Numbered from the stretch's first letter, positions 13,982 to 28,806 are shown. The stretch is 64,000 nucleotides of DNA from Octopus vulgaris (GCA_951406725.2 OX597825.1:16368001-16432000); one strand, 5' to 3'. Program-made: numbers and translations. Notes: generated by a model from the sequence alone, not told the origin.

Positions 13982-14255
13982 TGTTCTTCATTCCGTAGAA
14001 GAAAAATTTCAAATCGGACAATGTTAAGACCAAAAATTATTTACATCAAAAAGGTGCTTCTTTTTCTATGAAAATTCCTATTTTTTACGAATTTTTGACT
14101 GCTGTGTCGCCATTTTTAGGTGTATTTCAACCAGAAAAAGTTTCACTTAAAGAGAATAACAAGCTACGTAATGCAAAATTTTTACTTTTCAAAAATTCCA
14201 ATTCTAAAGGGTCGAAAAGAAAACAAACCCGAGCAACGCCGGACAATACTGCTAG
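13981..14255 (+). mobile_element. Non-autonomous Helitron 3' end
   Basis: Sub-terminal hairpin CCGAGCAACGCCGG followed about 10 nt later by CTAG|T. Confidence 0.65.
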
Positions 14256-14329
14256 TATATATATATATATATAAATTTATATCCAAAATACGGGAATGGA
14301 GCGGGTAACATCCAGGCTAAATATGTTAC

Positions 14330-14365
<36 letters not shown>

Positions 14366-14682
14366 CGCCAACTGTGTATCGTATCTACATGTATGTACAC
14401 TGTTTGAGGACATGCTGCATTATCGAAGCAGCGACTCATAAGAACGATGGAGGCGTTTCGCTTTTCTTGAGGCTTGTGAATGCTATACGTCGGATTCTCA
14501 CCTATTTATAGAAATCCGTGCCTCAATATAGAGGAAACAGCAAATGAAATATTCACTCGTATTGCGTAAGCTTGCTGGGCTGTAATAAAACTCTGTATAC
14601 GCAATGGCGGAAGCTTGCCGGGCTGTAGTAAAACTCAGTATACGCAATGGAAACACCCCACCACACACATACACACACACAT

Positions 14683-14718
<36 letters not shown>

Positions 14719-14760
14719 GCACACTCACACAAACACACATACACACACACAAACATATAT

Positions 14761-15212
14761 ATTTCTTATTTCTTTATTGCCCACAAGGGGCTAAACATAG
14801 AGGGGACAAACAAGGACAGACAAAAGGATTAAGTCGATTATATCGACCCCAGTGCATAACTGGTACTTAATTTATCGACCCCGAAAGGATGAAAGGCAAA
14901 GTCGACCTCGGCGGAATTTGAACTCAGAACGTTAAGACATACGAAATACCTATTTCTTTACTACCCACAAGGGGCTAATCACAGAGAGGACAAACAAGGA
15001 CAGACAAAAGGATTAAGTCGATTATATCGACCCCAGTGCGTAACTGGTACTTAATTTATCGACCCCAGTGCGTAACTGGTACTTAATTTATCGACCCCGA
15101 AAGGATGAAAGGCAAAGTCGACCTCGGCGGAATTTGAACTCAGAACGTAATGGCAGACGAAATACCGCTAAACATTTCGCCCGGCCTGCTAACGTTTCTG
15201 TCCACCTCGCCG
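14761..15212 (-). mobile_element. SINE group B tandem array
   Basis: Two ~190-bp units with junction GAAATACC|TATTTCTTT plus an internal ~35-bp duplication. Confidence 0.92.
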
Positions 15213-15231
15213 CCGATCTTCTATCTTTCTG

Positions 15232-15326
<95 letters not shown>

Positions 15327-16047
15327 CTAACTCTTTCTCTTTTTATCCTCCTATTTGTGTATGTTTCTCTCCCCACTCTTCTCTCTCCCTCTCTCTCTCT
15401 CACCTTCTATATCTCTCTTCTATAACCAGTACAAGTGATCTACAATTTATCATATTCAAGCACTACAAAATGAGCGAATGATGAACAAGTATATTCCATT
15501 TGAAAATTTGCCTTTATGGGACTTGTTCAAAGAGCTGGCGTTTTCTTTACTCACACTTGAGATATTCCTCATGTACTTGGAGTAATTACCACCATTTCGA
15601 TATCAAAGGAAAAGACCTCAGTTAAATTTGAAACCAGTACGAGTGAATATTGGAACGGTAAATGCAAAGTATATGAAGACAGCATCAACTGGTCGTTAAC
15701 ACTTTTCTCTCTATTCTCTCTGTTTGTCTAAGATATTTTTGAAGATATGCCAGACAGAATCTAAATACTTCTAAATTCAGTTAAACTTTTCACAGCTGTA
15801 TCAATGCCAAGTACGACTTGTGCTTATTTCTTAGTGGAAGAGAGAATCAGAAAAATCAGAAAATCTCGTGGAATCTATTTCTGTGTGATGAAGAAAGAAG
15901 AGGTTGCTCGTGTTTGGAGTGGAATTTGGCACTACGTAAAACTCCGGACAGGATTATAATTATAATTCAGTATATAACATGGCTTGTTTCATACAAGTTT
16001 GGCCACCATTCCTTAACGTGTACACACACACACACACACACATATAT

Positions 16048-16112
<65 letters not shown>

Positions 16113-16169
16113 TATTTACATACATATATATGTGTGTATATATATGTGTGTATATATATATATATATAT

Positions 16170-16216
<47 letters not shown>

Positions 16217-16898
16217 CATAGATATATACATATATGTATACATAGATATATACATATATGTGAACAAAATTTTGTTGTTGTTGTTGTAGCAATTTTTTTC
16301 ACGCTTGTGATTATAGATAAAATTAATTTTGAATGTAATGTTACGATCTGAAACTTATAAGATGTCGTTACATCTTTACAGTTGTTTTTAATCTCATCTT
16401 AAAAATTTTTTTTTTATCTCTTAATACATTTTCATATTAATTTCTATATATATTTTTCAAAATTTATTTTGTATTTTTGGGGGATTTTCATTTTCTATTT
16501 TTACGACTCGTTTTATATTTATTTTCACCTCTTCTTTATAAACTTCACCTCGTCTTTCGAATTTTTTGTTAGTCTTATCTTAGCAAACTCGTGACTCTTT
16601 TTATGTAATTTTCGTCTGAAATTTATATATTTGCATACCATTTCTTTAATATTTTTATCACCTTTACGTAAATTTTATCGCTAATACTATATTTTGTTAA
16701 TTTATTTAATCAGTTATGAAATACATCATAATATTTTTAAATGTATATTAAGTTTCGAATTCCTTCTCATAAATCTTAAGATACAGTGATCTCAGAATTA
16801 TGAGGGAGTTGGTGAAACTAAGACATTTACGATCTCATATTCAAATTTTGGATACTAACTTCTGCGTAAGAAACTATGGTACATACTATATGAATGTG

Positions 16899-16990
<92 letters not shown>

Positions 16991-17138
16991 ACTATCTATC
17001 CATCTATATATTCATCTATCGTGTGAACGCAATATTTATAAATATGTATGTGTACATGTGTGTGTGTTTGTGCGTGTATGTGTGTGTACTTATGTGTGTA
17101 TTCTTACAAATGTGAATGTATATGTACATACTTAATGA

Positions 17139-17478
17139 AGGCACATAGCTCAGTGGTTAGAGCGTCGGGTTCGCACTCATGAGGTAGTGAGTTCGATTTA
17201 CGGACCAGGCTGTGTGCTGTGTTTTGTTCTTGAGCAAAACAGTTTATTTCACGTTGCTCCAGTGCACTCAGCTGTAGAAATGAGTTGCGACGTCACTGGT
17301 ACCAAGCGATATCGGCGTTTGCCTTTCTCTTGGATAACATCAGTGGTGTGGAGAGATGAGGCTGGTATGCATGAGCGACTGCTGGTCTTCCATAAAACAA
17401 CCGTGTCCAGACTTGTGCCTCGGAGGGGAACTTTCTATGTGCAATCTCATGGTCATTCATGACCGAAGGGGGTCTTTA
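17139..17478 (+). mobile_element. tRNA-derived SINE (group C-related head, different body)
   Basis: GGCACATAGCTCAGTGGTTAGAGC..GTTCGATT head; body matches 40909-41132. Confidence 0.85.
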
Positions 17479-17494
17479 AATATGTATAAAAGAT

Positions 17495-17988
17495 GGTTTC
17501 AAATATTCGCCCAAGGCCAGCAATTTCGGGGAAATGGGTAAGTTGATTGTATCGTCCACAGACAAACGAAATACCTATTTTTTTTACTACCCACAAGGGG
17601 CTAAACACAGAGAGGACAAACAAGGACAAACAAGGACAGACAAACGGATTAAGTCGATTATATCGACCCCCAGTGCGTAACTGGTACTTATTTAATCGAC
17701 CCCGAAAGGATGAAAGGCAAAGTCGACCTCAGCGGAATTTGAACTCAGAACGTAACGGCAGACGAAATACCTATTTTTTTTACTACCCACAAGGGGACAA
17801 ACAAGGACAGACAAAGGATTAAGTCGATTATATCGACCCCAGTGCGTAACTGGTACTTAGTTAATCGACTCCGAAAGGATGAAAGGCCAAGTCGACCACA
17901 GCGGAATTTGAACTCAGAACGTAACGGCAGACGAAATACCGCTAGGCATTTCGCCCGGTGTGCTAACGTTTCTGCCAGCTCGCCGCCT
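17495..17988 (-). mobile_element. SINE group B tandem array
   Basis: Two young units plus an older-tail remnant. Confidence 0.9.
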
Positions 17989-18654
17989 TATATACCGAAT
18001 TAAATATTATACACACATTCAGCCAGAGATGGTGAGTAACACTACATATGGATTTATGGTTGTTCATTTTGATAGTTCAAGAACAAGATGCTAACAGACA
18101 CATAAGCAAAGCACGCGTAGGCAATTCACGTAGGCATATACGATTGTGTACGCGTGTATGTTTTCGTATGGGTACCTGTTTGTATGTGTACGTAAGTGTT
18201 TCCGTGTGTGTGTTGCGTAACTGTGTATCTACATTGTGTGAGTAGATTTTCTGAAGAATGTGAGTAGATTTGCACGAATAAATAATCATCATCCTTATGC
18301 TTAAAGTATTTCCCTGGAGCTATTTTACCTAGAATAGAACGTCTGCTAAGATGAATGCTAACTGGTCTGGCGAATTTTAGCCCTCGGCTTCGTCATTAGA
18401 ATTTTACCTATGGAGATAAAAATAATAAATTGTTAATGAAGGTAAAAGTTTTACGTTGGATTCTATGTTGCATTAATCGAAAGGAATATATTGTCGAAGA
18501 ATCTAGCAGAATTGTAAAGAAACAATTTAGAAAAGTCTAGTTTCTAATTCTGTGCCAAAAAACAAAAAAAACGAAAAAAAAACAAAAAAAGGAAATAAAA
18601 AAGTAAAATCAAGAACTATAATAACGTGATGTTGATATAAATGTAATGATATGC

Positions 18655-18881
18655 ATGCACACACACACATACATACATACATACATACATGCATACATGC
18701 ATACATACATACATACATACATACATACATACATACATACATACATACATACATACATACATACATACATACATACATACGTACATACATACATACATAC
18801 ATACATACATACATGCATACATACATACATACTTATATATATACATACATACATACGTACGTACATACATACATGCATACA

Positions 18882-18915
<34 letters not shown>

Positions 18916-19119
18916 CATACATACATACATACATGCATACGTACGTACATACATACATACATACATGCATACATACATACATACATACATACATACATAC
19001 ATACATACATACATACATACATACGTACATACATACATACATACATACATACATGCATACATGCATACATACATACATACATACATACGTACGTACGTAC
19101 GTACGTACATACATACATG

Positions 19120-19151
<32 letters not shown>

Positions 19152-19717
19152 CATACATACATACATACATGCATACGTACACATACATACATACATACAT
19201 ACATACATACATACATACATACATACATACATACATACATACATACATACATACATACATACATACATACATACATACGTACATACATACATACATACAT
19301 ACATACATACATACATACATACATACATACATACATACGTACATACATACATGCATACATGCATACATACATACATACATACATACGTACATACATACAT
19401 ACATACATACGTACGTTCGTACGTACATACATACATGCATACATACATACATACATACATACATACGTACATACATACATACATACATACATACATACAT
19501 ACATACGTACGTACATACATACATGCATACATGCATACATACATACATACATACATACGTACGTACATACATACATACATACGTGCGTACATGCATACAT
19601 ACGTACCTATGCACACACACACACATATGTAGGTATGTATTGTGTGTGTGTGAGTATTTGTGTCTATAAGTATTAACAGGCCACATTGTTTTGCCGAAAG
19701 GAAAGAGAGAGAGAGAG

Positions 19718-19748
<31 letters not shown>

Positions 19749-20280
19749 GAGAGGGAGAGGGAGGGAGAAAGGAGGGGGAACAGAAAAGCAAGTACAAATG
19801 TTTTGTCTGGGAAAAAGTAGGTAAATCCCATACCTGATATACATACATACGTACATACATACATACATACATACATACATACATACATACATACATACAT
19901 ACATACATACATACATACATAATACATACATACATACATACATACATACATACATACATACATACATACATACATACATAGATACATAATACATACATAC
20001 ATACATTCATACATACATAATACATACATACATACATACATACATACATACATACATACATACATTCATACATACATAATACATACATACATACATAGAT
20101 ACATACATACATACATACATACGCACTCACATACATACATACATACATACATACATACATACATACATACAAACAAACATACATACATACATACATACAT
20201 ACATACATACATACATACATACATAAATACGTACGTACATTCATACATACGCACTCACGTACATACATACATACATACAT
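18655..20280. repeat. Long (TACA)n tetranucleotide array
   Basis: About 1.6 kb of TACA/TGCA/TACG variants interrupted by a short unique/GA segment. Confidence 0.97.
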
Positions 20281-20504
20281 ATCTCTTAATCATTCATTCA
20301 TTCATGAATACCTCAGCCAGCTAATCCGGGCATTACATATACAGTCTGGAAGCGGAACAATAAAAATCTGTAAGACATTTCTCAATTTCAGAATGCGATG
20401 CTATTTCTCTCATCAACAATCCAACGATGTAGCTTTGTATTTTTGTCAGAAGTCAATTCCTCCTTTACTGGAAGAACTTAAAGAGTTAAAAGTAGAAGAG
20501 AACT

Positions 20505-21073
20505 TAAGTTTTCGTTTATATCACTGTGGCCATGCTGGGGTAGCGCATTGAATAGTTTAGTCGAAGAAATCGACCCCACTACCTATGTATTTTTCCTAAA
20601 GTCTGGTACTTATTCTGTCATTTTCTTTTTGTTGAGGCGCTAAGTTACGAGAACGTAAACAATTCAACATTGGTTGCCAATGGGTGGTTTAGGACAAATA
20701 TAACCATAGGCACCCTCACCCCTCACACCTACATACCTCCACCCTCATGTACGACAGGCTTCTTTCAGTTTCCGTCTATCAAATCCACTTACAAGGTTTT
20801 GGTCGGCTCGGGAATATAGTAGACGACACTAACCGAATACGTTACACAATGAGACTGAACTTGGAACTTGAATGCTAAGAGACTACTGTTGTATATACCG
20901 AATTAAATATTTTTTGTACTCTATGTACAAGGCCCGACATTTTTGAGGAGGGGGCCAGTCGATTAGATCAACCCCAGTACTTAACTGGCACTTAATTTAT
21001 CGACCATAAAAGGATGAATGGTAAAGTCGACCTCGGTGGAATTTGAACTCAGAACGTAGCGGTAGACGAAATA
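20505..21073 (-). mobile_element. Diverged SINE group A plus SINE group B
   Basis: Homology to group A (20505-20870) and group B (20912-21073). Confidence 0.8.
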
Positions 21074-22055
21074 AAAGTGAATAATGAGGTACATAGATTA
21101 GATTACAGGTTCAAGCTATCTACGGAACTGTAAAAAATTTGTAAAACTTTCCAGTAGTTTAATATTTAAGCATATATGTGCAAATACCCTGTTGATATTG
21201 TTGGAACTGCAGTGAAGAAGCCTTATGTCTAGGTTAGAAACCAGTTCTTTCTCTATTGGCAAGTAATCTTGAAATAATACCGAACTAAAGCATACATATG
21301 TCGTCATAGTGAACCGTAAAGCTTCCTTATTAATGAGTCCCGTAAAGTCTTGTTATTAATCCTTCAACTACAGTAGTAGTTGAATAATATGCTTAAGGCC
21401 GCAATTTACTCACGTGCAGCATCTTTCAGGGCTTGTCGCTAATTCAGTTCGTAACCAAATCGAAAACTGTTAACATGTTGGAAGATAAATGGTCCCTAGC
21501 TACATGTTGCCATAAAATAATTGAGATTTGGCCTAGTAGAAAAGAAAATTTACATCAAAGTTTGTAGCAACGTTATAGGAGAGTAAGGAACACTTTCAAT
21601 CTAAATATCATTTTTATTTTAAAAGCAAAATATATTTATCTTAGCTTCAATGATAGAAAAAAGCATGAATTTTATAATTTTGGTCCCATGCAACAGAAAA
21701 TTGTATAAAAAAAGCTGTGAGGTAAAATATCATGAAAAAAATATAAGGCATTAAATTGGATTTACAATTAACCTTTTTATTTTAAAAACAAACTATATTT
21801 TAATTAAGCCTAAATGATAGAGCTCACTTCGAATAATTTCATGGTATCAATCTCATGCAATGAAGTTTTAAAAGAGAAATGTTTTAAGTGTTTGTTTCTC
21901 AAGTTTGAGGGTGATGATATAGTTCTATACTTTTTTTTAATGAATATAGTTCTATAAGGGGACTGACATTATTGAGGTAAGGAAAAATTATCAATTAGAC
22001 TGCTAATTGACACATTTGACACGTTATTAATTAGCATAATAGCATAGCCTCGAAA

Positions 22056-22398
22056 AGAGATGGATTACATGGAAAAATGCGACCAACAGAATAATATTCT
22101 TAAGATTATAAACCTGGAAAAGTTCAGGACAATTTATTACATCTGGTTAAGTACAGAACAAGAAAATTTTCACTTAAAATATTGCAGCTAAGGATAAAAT
22201 TTCAAATAAAATATTTAGATTTAGAAAATATTAGCTTTTATTAAAATTAGAAATTTTATTACAAGTTATTACTTCTATTAAAAATAAACTTGTCCTGAAC
22301 TTTTCCAAGTGTAATAACTTGTCCTGTACTTTTTCCAGATTTATAATCTTGAGAATATTATTTCTCTTGCTCGCATTTTTCCAGGTAATACAATCTTT
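22056..22398. repeat. Imperfect inverted repeat, ~110-bp arms (MITE/fold-back)
   Basis: GGAAAAATGCGA..AATAATATTCTTAAGATTATAAACCTGGAAAAG is reverse-complemented at ~22288-22398. Confidence 0.75.
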
Positions 22399-22667
22399 GC
22401 AAACAACTAGACTAAACTGACAATATTCTTCGGGTTTAATGCAAAGAAGCGCTTGCTTAGAGAACATTGTAGCAGTAAGCAAGTAGTAAAACGAGACTGG
22501 GTAAAATATACAAATTGCTTTTTCCTACATTCACAAGAGCAAAGCAGAGACCCTGGAGTGCGTTATCGAAGATCGAGTGGAGTTATGAAGAGAAATGACA
22601 CTGAAACACTACGAGTATGAGTATGGGCCAGTTGTCCACTTTCTATTGCGAAGAGGTATTACGACTT

Positions 22668-22669
22668 AT

Positions 22670-22756
<87 letters not shown>

Positions 22757-22931
22757 CTCTTTGTCTTTCTTTCTTTCTTTCTTTCCTTCCTTCCTTCCTT
22801 CCTTCCTTCGTTCGTTCGTTCCTTCTTTCTTTCTTTCTTTCGTTCGTTCGTTCGTTCTTTCTTTCTTTCTTTCTTTCCTTCGTTCGTTCTTTCTTTCTTT
22901 CTTTCTTTCCTTCCTTCTTTCTTTCTTTACT

Positions 22932-22999
<68 letters not shown>

Positions 23000-23200
23000 T
23001 CCTGTCTGTCTGTCTGTCTGTCTATCTATCTGTCTATGTATGTATGTATGCATGTATGTATGTATGTATGTATGTATGTATGCATGCATGCATGTATGTA
23101 TGTATGTATGTATGTATGTATGTATGTCTATCTATCTATGTATCTATATCTATCTATCTGTCTGTCTGTCTGTCTGTCTGTCTATGTATCTCTATGTATG
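22668..23200. repeat. (TTTC)n/(TATG)n/(TCTG)n microsatellites
   Basis: Direct observation. Confidence 0.97.
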
Positions 23201-23408
23201 CATGCATACATTCAAGCACAAAGAAACATAATACATGTATGCATACATAATACATACAAACATACATACACATACATACATACATTCATACATACACATA
23301 CATACTGACATACATGCATACATGCGTGCATACACACATACATACATGCATTCATACAAGCATATACACATACATACATGCATATACATATATACACACA
23401 TAAAAACC

Positions 23409-23441
<33 letters not shown>

Positions 23442-23525
23442 CACGCATACAAAACATACATACATACAAGCATATATGCATACATAGATGCATATACATA
23501 TATACACACATACAAACCATACATA

Positions 23526-23901
23526 CACTTGCGTCAGAAATTAATTAGCACTTCTCAAATTTCTACATTAAATAGGTTAAATCAATTAACCTATGAGCTG
23601 TTTAAAACGTCTTACGCGATGAGAAAACTTAGTATGGTGTGATTTCGGTCTTGCGAGGCGCTACCTATATCTATTAAACAAAGGAAGATTTGTCTGCATC
23701 CGCACTCCAAGTTGTTGCACTGCTATGTCAACATCATAAGGCTGTAGACTCTCAAACTGCTCTGCAAACAAAGTTACGTCATCGTTCTGCGCAACAGTGA
23801 ACTCGCAACAAAGCAATAGTTCGAGATATGGCCACTAGGTGACAGCACATACCTTGAGTGAAGAGCAAATCAAGGGTGCTAATTAATTTCTGACGGTAGT
23901 G
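23526..23901. mobile_element. Tc1/mariner-type MITE
   Basis: 26-bp TIR CACT(TG/AC)CGTCAGAAATTAATTAGCAC with TA on both flanks; inserted in a TACA-derived minisatellite (23200-24600). Confidence 0.85.
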
Positions 23902-24543
23902 TACATACAAGCATATATGCATACATACATGCATATACATGTATACACACATCCAAAACATACATACATACAAGCATATATGCATACATAGATGCATATA
24001 CATATATACACACATCCAAAACATACATACATACATACAAACATGTATTGCAAACATACATGCATATACATGTGTACACACATACAAATCATACATACAT
24101 ACAATCATATATACATACATACATGCATATACATGTGTACACACATACGAACCATACATACGTACATACATACAATCATATATGTTATACATACATGCAT
24201 ATACATATATACGCACATACAAAACATACATACATACTAGCATATACATATATACACTCAAAATATACATACATACAACCATATATGCATACATACATGC
24301 ATATACATATATACACACATAAAACCATACAGACATATACATACAAGCATATATGCATTCATACATGCATATACATATATACACACATACATGCATATAT
24401 GCACACATACAAAACATACATACATACATACATACCTACAAGCATATACATATATACACACAAAATATACATACATACAACAATATATGCATACATACAT
24501 GCATATATATATATACACACATACATATATGCACACATACAAA

Positions 24544-24576
<33 letters not shown>

Positions 24577-25089
24577 CATACATACACGCATACATACTCG
24601 CACGCTATGTTCATGTCCTGGCCATTACGAATTTTATAACACTGCAAACATTTGAGTGCTAACCTAATTAATTCAATAAAATGCTTGCCGAGCACTTTCG
24701 TTCCCTCTTCTGCCAGTTTAACCGTGAGGCGATGTTTTCCAAGATAATACCGACATTTGTTCTGATTAATTATTCCTCAATTTTACAATTTGGAATCGAA
24801 GCAAATGAAGTCAATTCGAAAATTAGGCTCGCATCAAATTGCGTCGCCGTTGCTTTGAGAGGGCAAAGGGAGAGAATTGTTTTGGTTCGGAATACCGATC
24901 ATAAATATTTTCAATACAAATTCGTCTACTCACCAAATGCAATTAGCACACTCATTAGCGTCATGATTATAGATGTCAAGCAATGTTAACAAGTTAATTG
25001 GTCTGACCTTTCTGAGTGTCTCGACAATACTTTCATCCTTAATTTATTCTCACGTACACAAATAGGAAGGATCACTTTGTCAATGAGCA

Positions 25090-26002
25090 ATCAGAGAGGG
25101 GGGAAAAAGAAGTAGGGGAGAGGGAAAGAGAGAGAGAGAGAGGAGGAGAGGGTGGATAGGAAAATGAGGAGAGATGGTGTGCACATGACAAGGAGAGGAA
25201 TAGAGAGAAAGGAGAGGAGGAAAGAAGTGTTTGTGTGTATGGGCGTTTCGTGCTTGTGCGTGTGTGTAAAGAGAAAAGAAGACAGAGTAAGAGGAAGAGA
25301 ATGAGTGTGTGTGTGTGTGTGTGTGTGCTAGAGAGAGAGAGAGAGAGGGGCGGAGTGAGAGAGAAGAGGGTGAGAGAGTGAAAGAGAGAAGGAAAGATGG
25401 AGTGACGGAGAGAAGGAGAGAGGAGAGAGAGAGTGAGAGAGTGAGAGAGAGGAAGAGTAAGAGAAATGAAGAGTGAGAGAGGGGAAGAGAAAAGAGACAG
25501 AGTAAGAGGAAGAGGCTGTGTGTGTGGGGGGGCTAGAGAGAGTGAGAATGAGAGGGGGGACGAGAGAGTGAAAGAGAGAAGGAAAGATGGCGTGACGGAG
25601 AGAAGGGAGAGAGGAGAGAGAGAGGGAGAGTGAGAGAGGGGAAGAGTGAGAGAGAGAGTGAGATGGAAATAGACAGACGGACTGATAGGTAGGTAGAGAG
25701 AAAGAAAGAGAGAGAGAGACAGATAAAGAGAGATAGACAGACAGAAAGAGGGAGAGGCTGAGCGATGGAGAGTATTTGTTCTGATAAAAGGGAATGAGTG
25801 ACGCATGCAGAGAACAGGAGTAGGAAGTGTGTGTGTGTGTGTGTATGTGTGTGTGTGTGTGTGCGAGAGAGAGAGAGAGAGAAGAATAGAGAGGAGAGAA
25901 AGCAAGAGTTAGGAGATAGAGAGGAAGGGAGAGAGGGAAAAGAAGAGAAAGTGTGTTCGTTCTTCTCTCTTCCTTTTTCTCTCTATCTCTCTTTGATACC
26001 GC

Positions 26003-26043
<41 letters not shown>

Positions 26044-26064
26044 TCACAGATACACAAACACACA

Positions 26065-26104
<40 letters not shown>

Positions 26105-26146
26105 AACACAAACACACACGCACACACAAACACACACACGCACACA

Positions 26147-26218
<72 letters not shown>

Positions 26219-26255
26219 AACACATAAACACACACACACGCACACACGCACACAC
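25090..26255. repeat. GA-rich and CA-rich low-complexity tract with an internal ~100-bp duplication
   Basis: GAGAGAGTGAAAGAGAGAAGGAAAGATGG(A/C)GTGACGGAG occurs at ~25372 and ~25562. Confidence 0.9.
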
Positions 26256-26497
26256 ATCCGTTTCTGCTGGTTCCCTCTTCTTCCGCCATTCTTTCTCTTT
26301 CATACCCTCTTTTAAAAATCATGAAACCAATAATATTTGCGTTGAGGCAGCGGTGAATGCAATGATTCCTCGAAGAGGAGCGGCTGTCGTCGCCGCTTCT
26401 TAACCACGCTTTCTCACGTCTTATTTCTTCGAGGGAGTTCTAACCCTAGGTCATGTACAGACCTATATTAGGTACTTGCCAATATTGTTACTCGCTA

Positions 26498-27670
26498 AAG
26501 GTGACAAGCTGGCAGAATCGTTAGCACGCCGGGCGAAATACTTAGCGGTATTTCGTCTGCCACTGCGTTCTGAGTTCAAATTCCACCGAGGTCGACTTTG
26601 CCTTTCATCCTTTCGGGGTCGATTAAATAAGTACCAGTTATGCACTGTGGGTTGATATAATCGACTTAATCCGTCTGTCTGTCCTTGTTTGTCCCCTCTG
26701 TGTTTGACCCCTTGTGGGTAATAAAGAAATAGGTATTTCGTCTGGCAGAAACGTTAGCATGCCGGACGAAATGCGTAGCCGTATTTCGTCTGCCGCTGCG
26801 TTCTGAGTTCAAATTCCGCCGAGGTTGACTTTGCCTTTCAGCCTTTCGGGGTCGATAAAAATAAGTACCAGTTACGCACTGGGGTTGATGTAATCGACTT
26901 AATCCCTTTGTCTGTCCTTGTTTGTCCTCTCTGTGGTTAGCCCCTTGTGGGTAGTACAGAAATAGGTATTTCGTCTGCCGCTATGTTCTGAGTTCAAATG
27001 CCGCCGAGGTCGACTTAGCCTTTCATCCTTTCGGAGTCAATAAATTAAGTACCAGTTACGCACTGGAGTCGATGTAATTGACTTAATCCGTTTGTCTGTC
27101 CTTGTTTGTCCTCTCTATGTTTAGCCCCTTGTGGGTAGTAAAGAAATATGAATCGTTAGCACGTCAGGAAAAATGCTTAGCGGGATTTCATCCGTCTTTA
27201 CGTTCTGAGTTCAAATTCTGTAGAGGCTGACTTTGCTTTTTATCGGGGTCGATAAAATAAGTACCAGTGGAGTACTGGGGTCGATGTAATCGACTTACCT
27301 TTCCTTCAAAATTTCTGTTTTTGTGCCAAAATTTGAAACCGGTATAGGTGGTTCTCATAGCTTAATGGTACAGTACGCTTAGCCGGAATCTGAGAGGTAC
27401 ACGGTTCAGTCCTCCGTAGAAGCTTGCTGGCCACTTTACAAAAAGAAAAAAGAAAGCGGTGATCTGGCAGAATCGTTAACACGCAAGCCAAAGGCCTAGT
27501 GGTATTTCGTCCCTCTTTACGTTCTGAGTTCAATTTCTGCCGAGGTGGACAATACCTTTCATCCTTTCGGGATCAATAAAATAAGTACCATTTGTGCATT
27601 GGGGTCAATCTAATTGATTTAGCCCTTCTACCGAAATTACTAGCGGCCTTGTGTCGAAATTAGAAACCAA
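26498..27670 (+). mobile_element. SINE group B array (3 young units + older units)
   Basis: Units repeatedly joined at AAAGAAATA|GGTATTTCGTCTG. Confidence 0.92.
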
Positions 27671-27689
27671 TGTTGTTAGTCACTCACAC

Positions 27690-28020
27690 AACTCGACCTC
27701 TGATACGACTAGTTCCTTTTTGGTGGGTTCTCCAATCGTAATCAACAGATCAGGGTTCCACAATTTCTTGCTGAACAACCTGTACAGATGGCTTGTTTAT
27801 AGGGATCTAATATTTTTTCTGTACGTAAGCTGACTCCCTCGGTGAAATCGATATTGCCTGTACACGTGCACGGTGTGCCACACATTAGATGTCGAAGTGA
27901 TCGCGGAGTAATGTAAAGTGAAGTGTTTAGCTGAAGAGCACGACGCATCGCCGGGCTCGGGAATCGAAACTACAACCATGCGATCGTAAATGAAGCACCT
28001 TAATCACTAGGTCACGCCTC
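27690..28020 (-). mobile_element. tRNA-derived SINE
   Basis: Reverse strand GAGGCGTGACCTAGTGATTAAGG..GTTTCGATTCCC head. Confidence 0.75.
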
Positions 28021-28547
28021 TTTACTATGCAATTGGCTACTGGAAATGTTTTCAGAAGGGCTCTAATTTCAAGGGAAACCAACAGATTACTGCATTTCAA
28101 CGGACTTCCAACCCTAGAAATTACGGACAACTCCCTGAATTCTTTGACCTGTAAGTGTAACAGAGGAAGGGAGCAGTGACAGTTCGAACCCCACCCTTTA
28201 CATTGGTGGGATAAAAGGGCCACCAATCAGGCCCGTCTAAGATGCACAGAAATCAACGAAACTTCTCTATACACTTGCGTAATACCGAGTATTATTATCT
28301 TGTAGAGTCATATCGAACAGCTGATCTGGTTAGATGCTGGGATCATCATGAGGATTATCCCGTGGAATTTCCCAAACCTGGAAGGACAGTCGTTCGTTTC
28401 TGCTTCGTGGCTAAAGTGAAAGTAATTGCGCAGAGAATAGAACTGAAATGACTTAGGACAGGTATTTTCCTCTTCAGCCAAGCCTTCATCAATTTCTTCA
28501 GATTTAAATCGAACAAAATGAGGGTGGAGAGGGAGAGGCTAATGATT

Positions 28548-28806
28548 CTTATTTCTTTACTGCCCACAAGGGTCTAAACATAGAGGGGACAAACAAGGAC
28601 AGACAAACGGATTAAGTCGATTACATCGACCCCAGTGCGTAACTGGTACTTAATTTATCGACCCCGAAAGGATGAAAGGCAAAGTCGACCTCGGCGGAAT
28701 TTGAACTCAGAAAGTAACGGCAGACGAAATACCTATTTCTTTACTACCCGCAAGGGGCTAAACACAGAGGGGACAATCAAGGACAGACATACGGATTAAG
28801 TCGATT
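28548..28806 (-). mobile_element. SINE group B partial array
   Basis: Same unit and junction as the other arrays. Confidence 0.9.

Noticed and set aside
15562-15657. Possible 96-nt phase 1-1 exon (DIPHVLGV..SEYWN)
   Set aside because: Requires a rare GAG acceptor; no recognisable domain
17180-17200. let-7-like TGAGGTAGT
   Set aside because: Lies inside a SINE head; no precursor hairpin and the 3' part mismatches
18609-20280. Long ORFs (up to 554 aa; MYVC/HTYI repeats) here and elsewhere
   Set aside because: Translations of stop-free microsatellites
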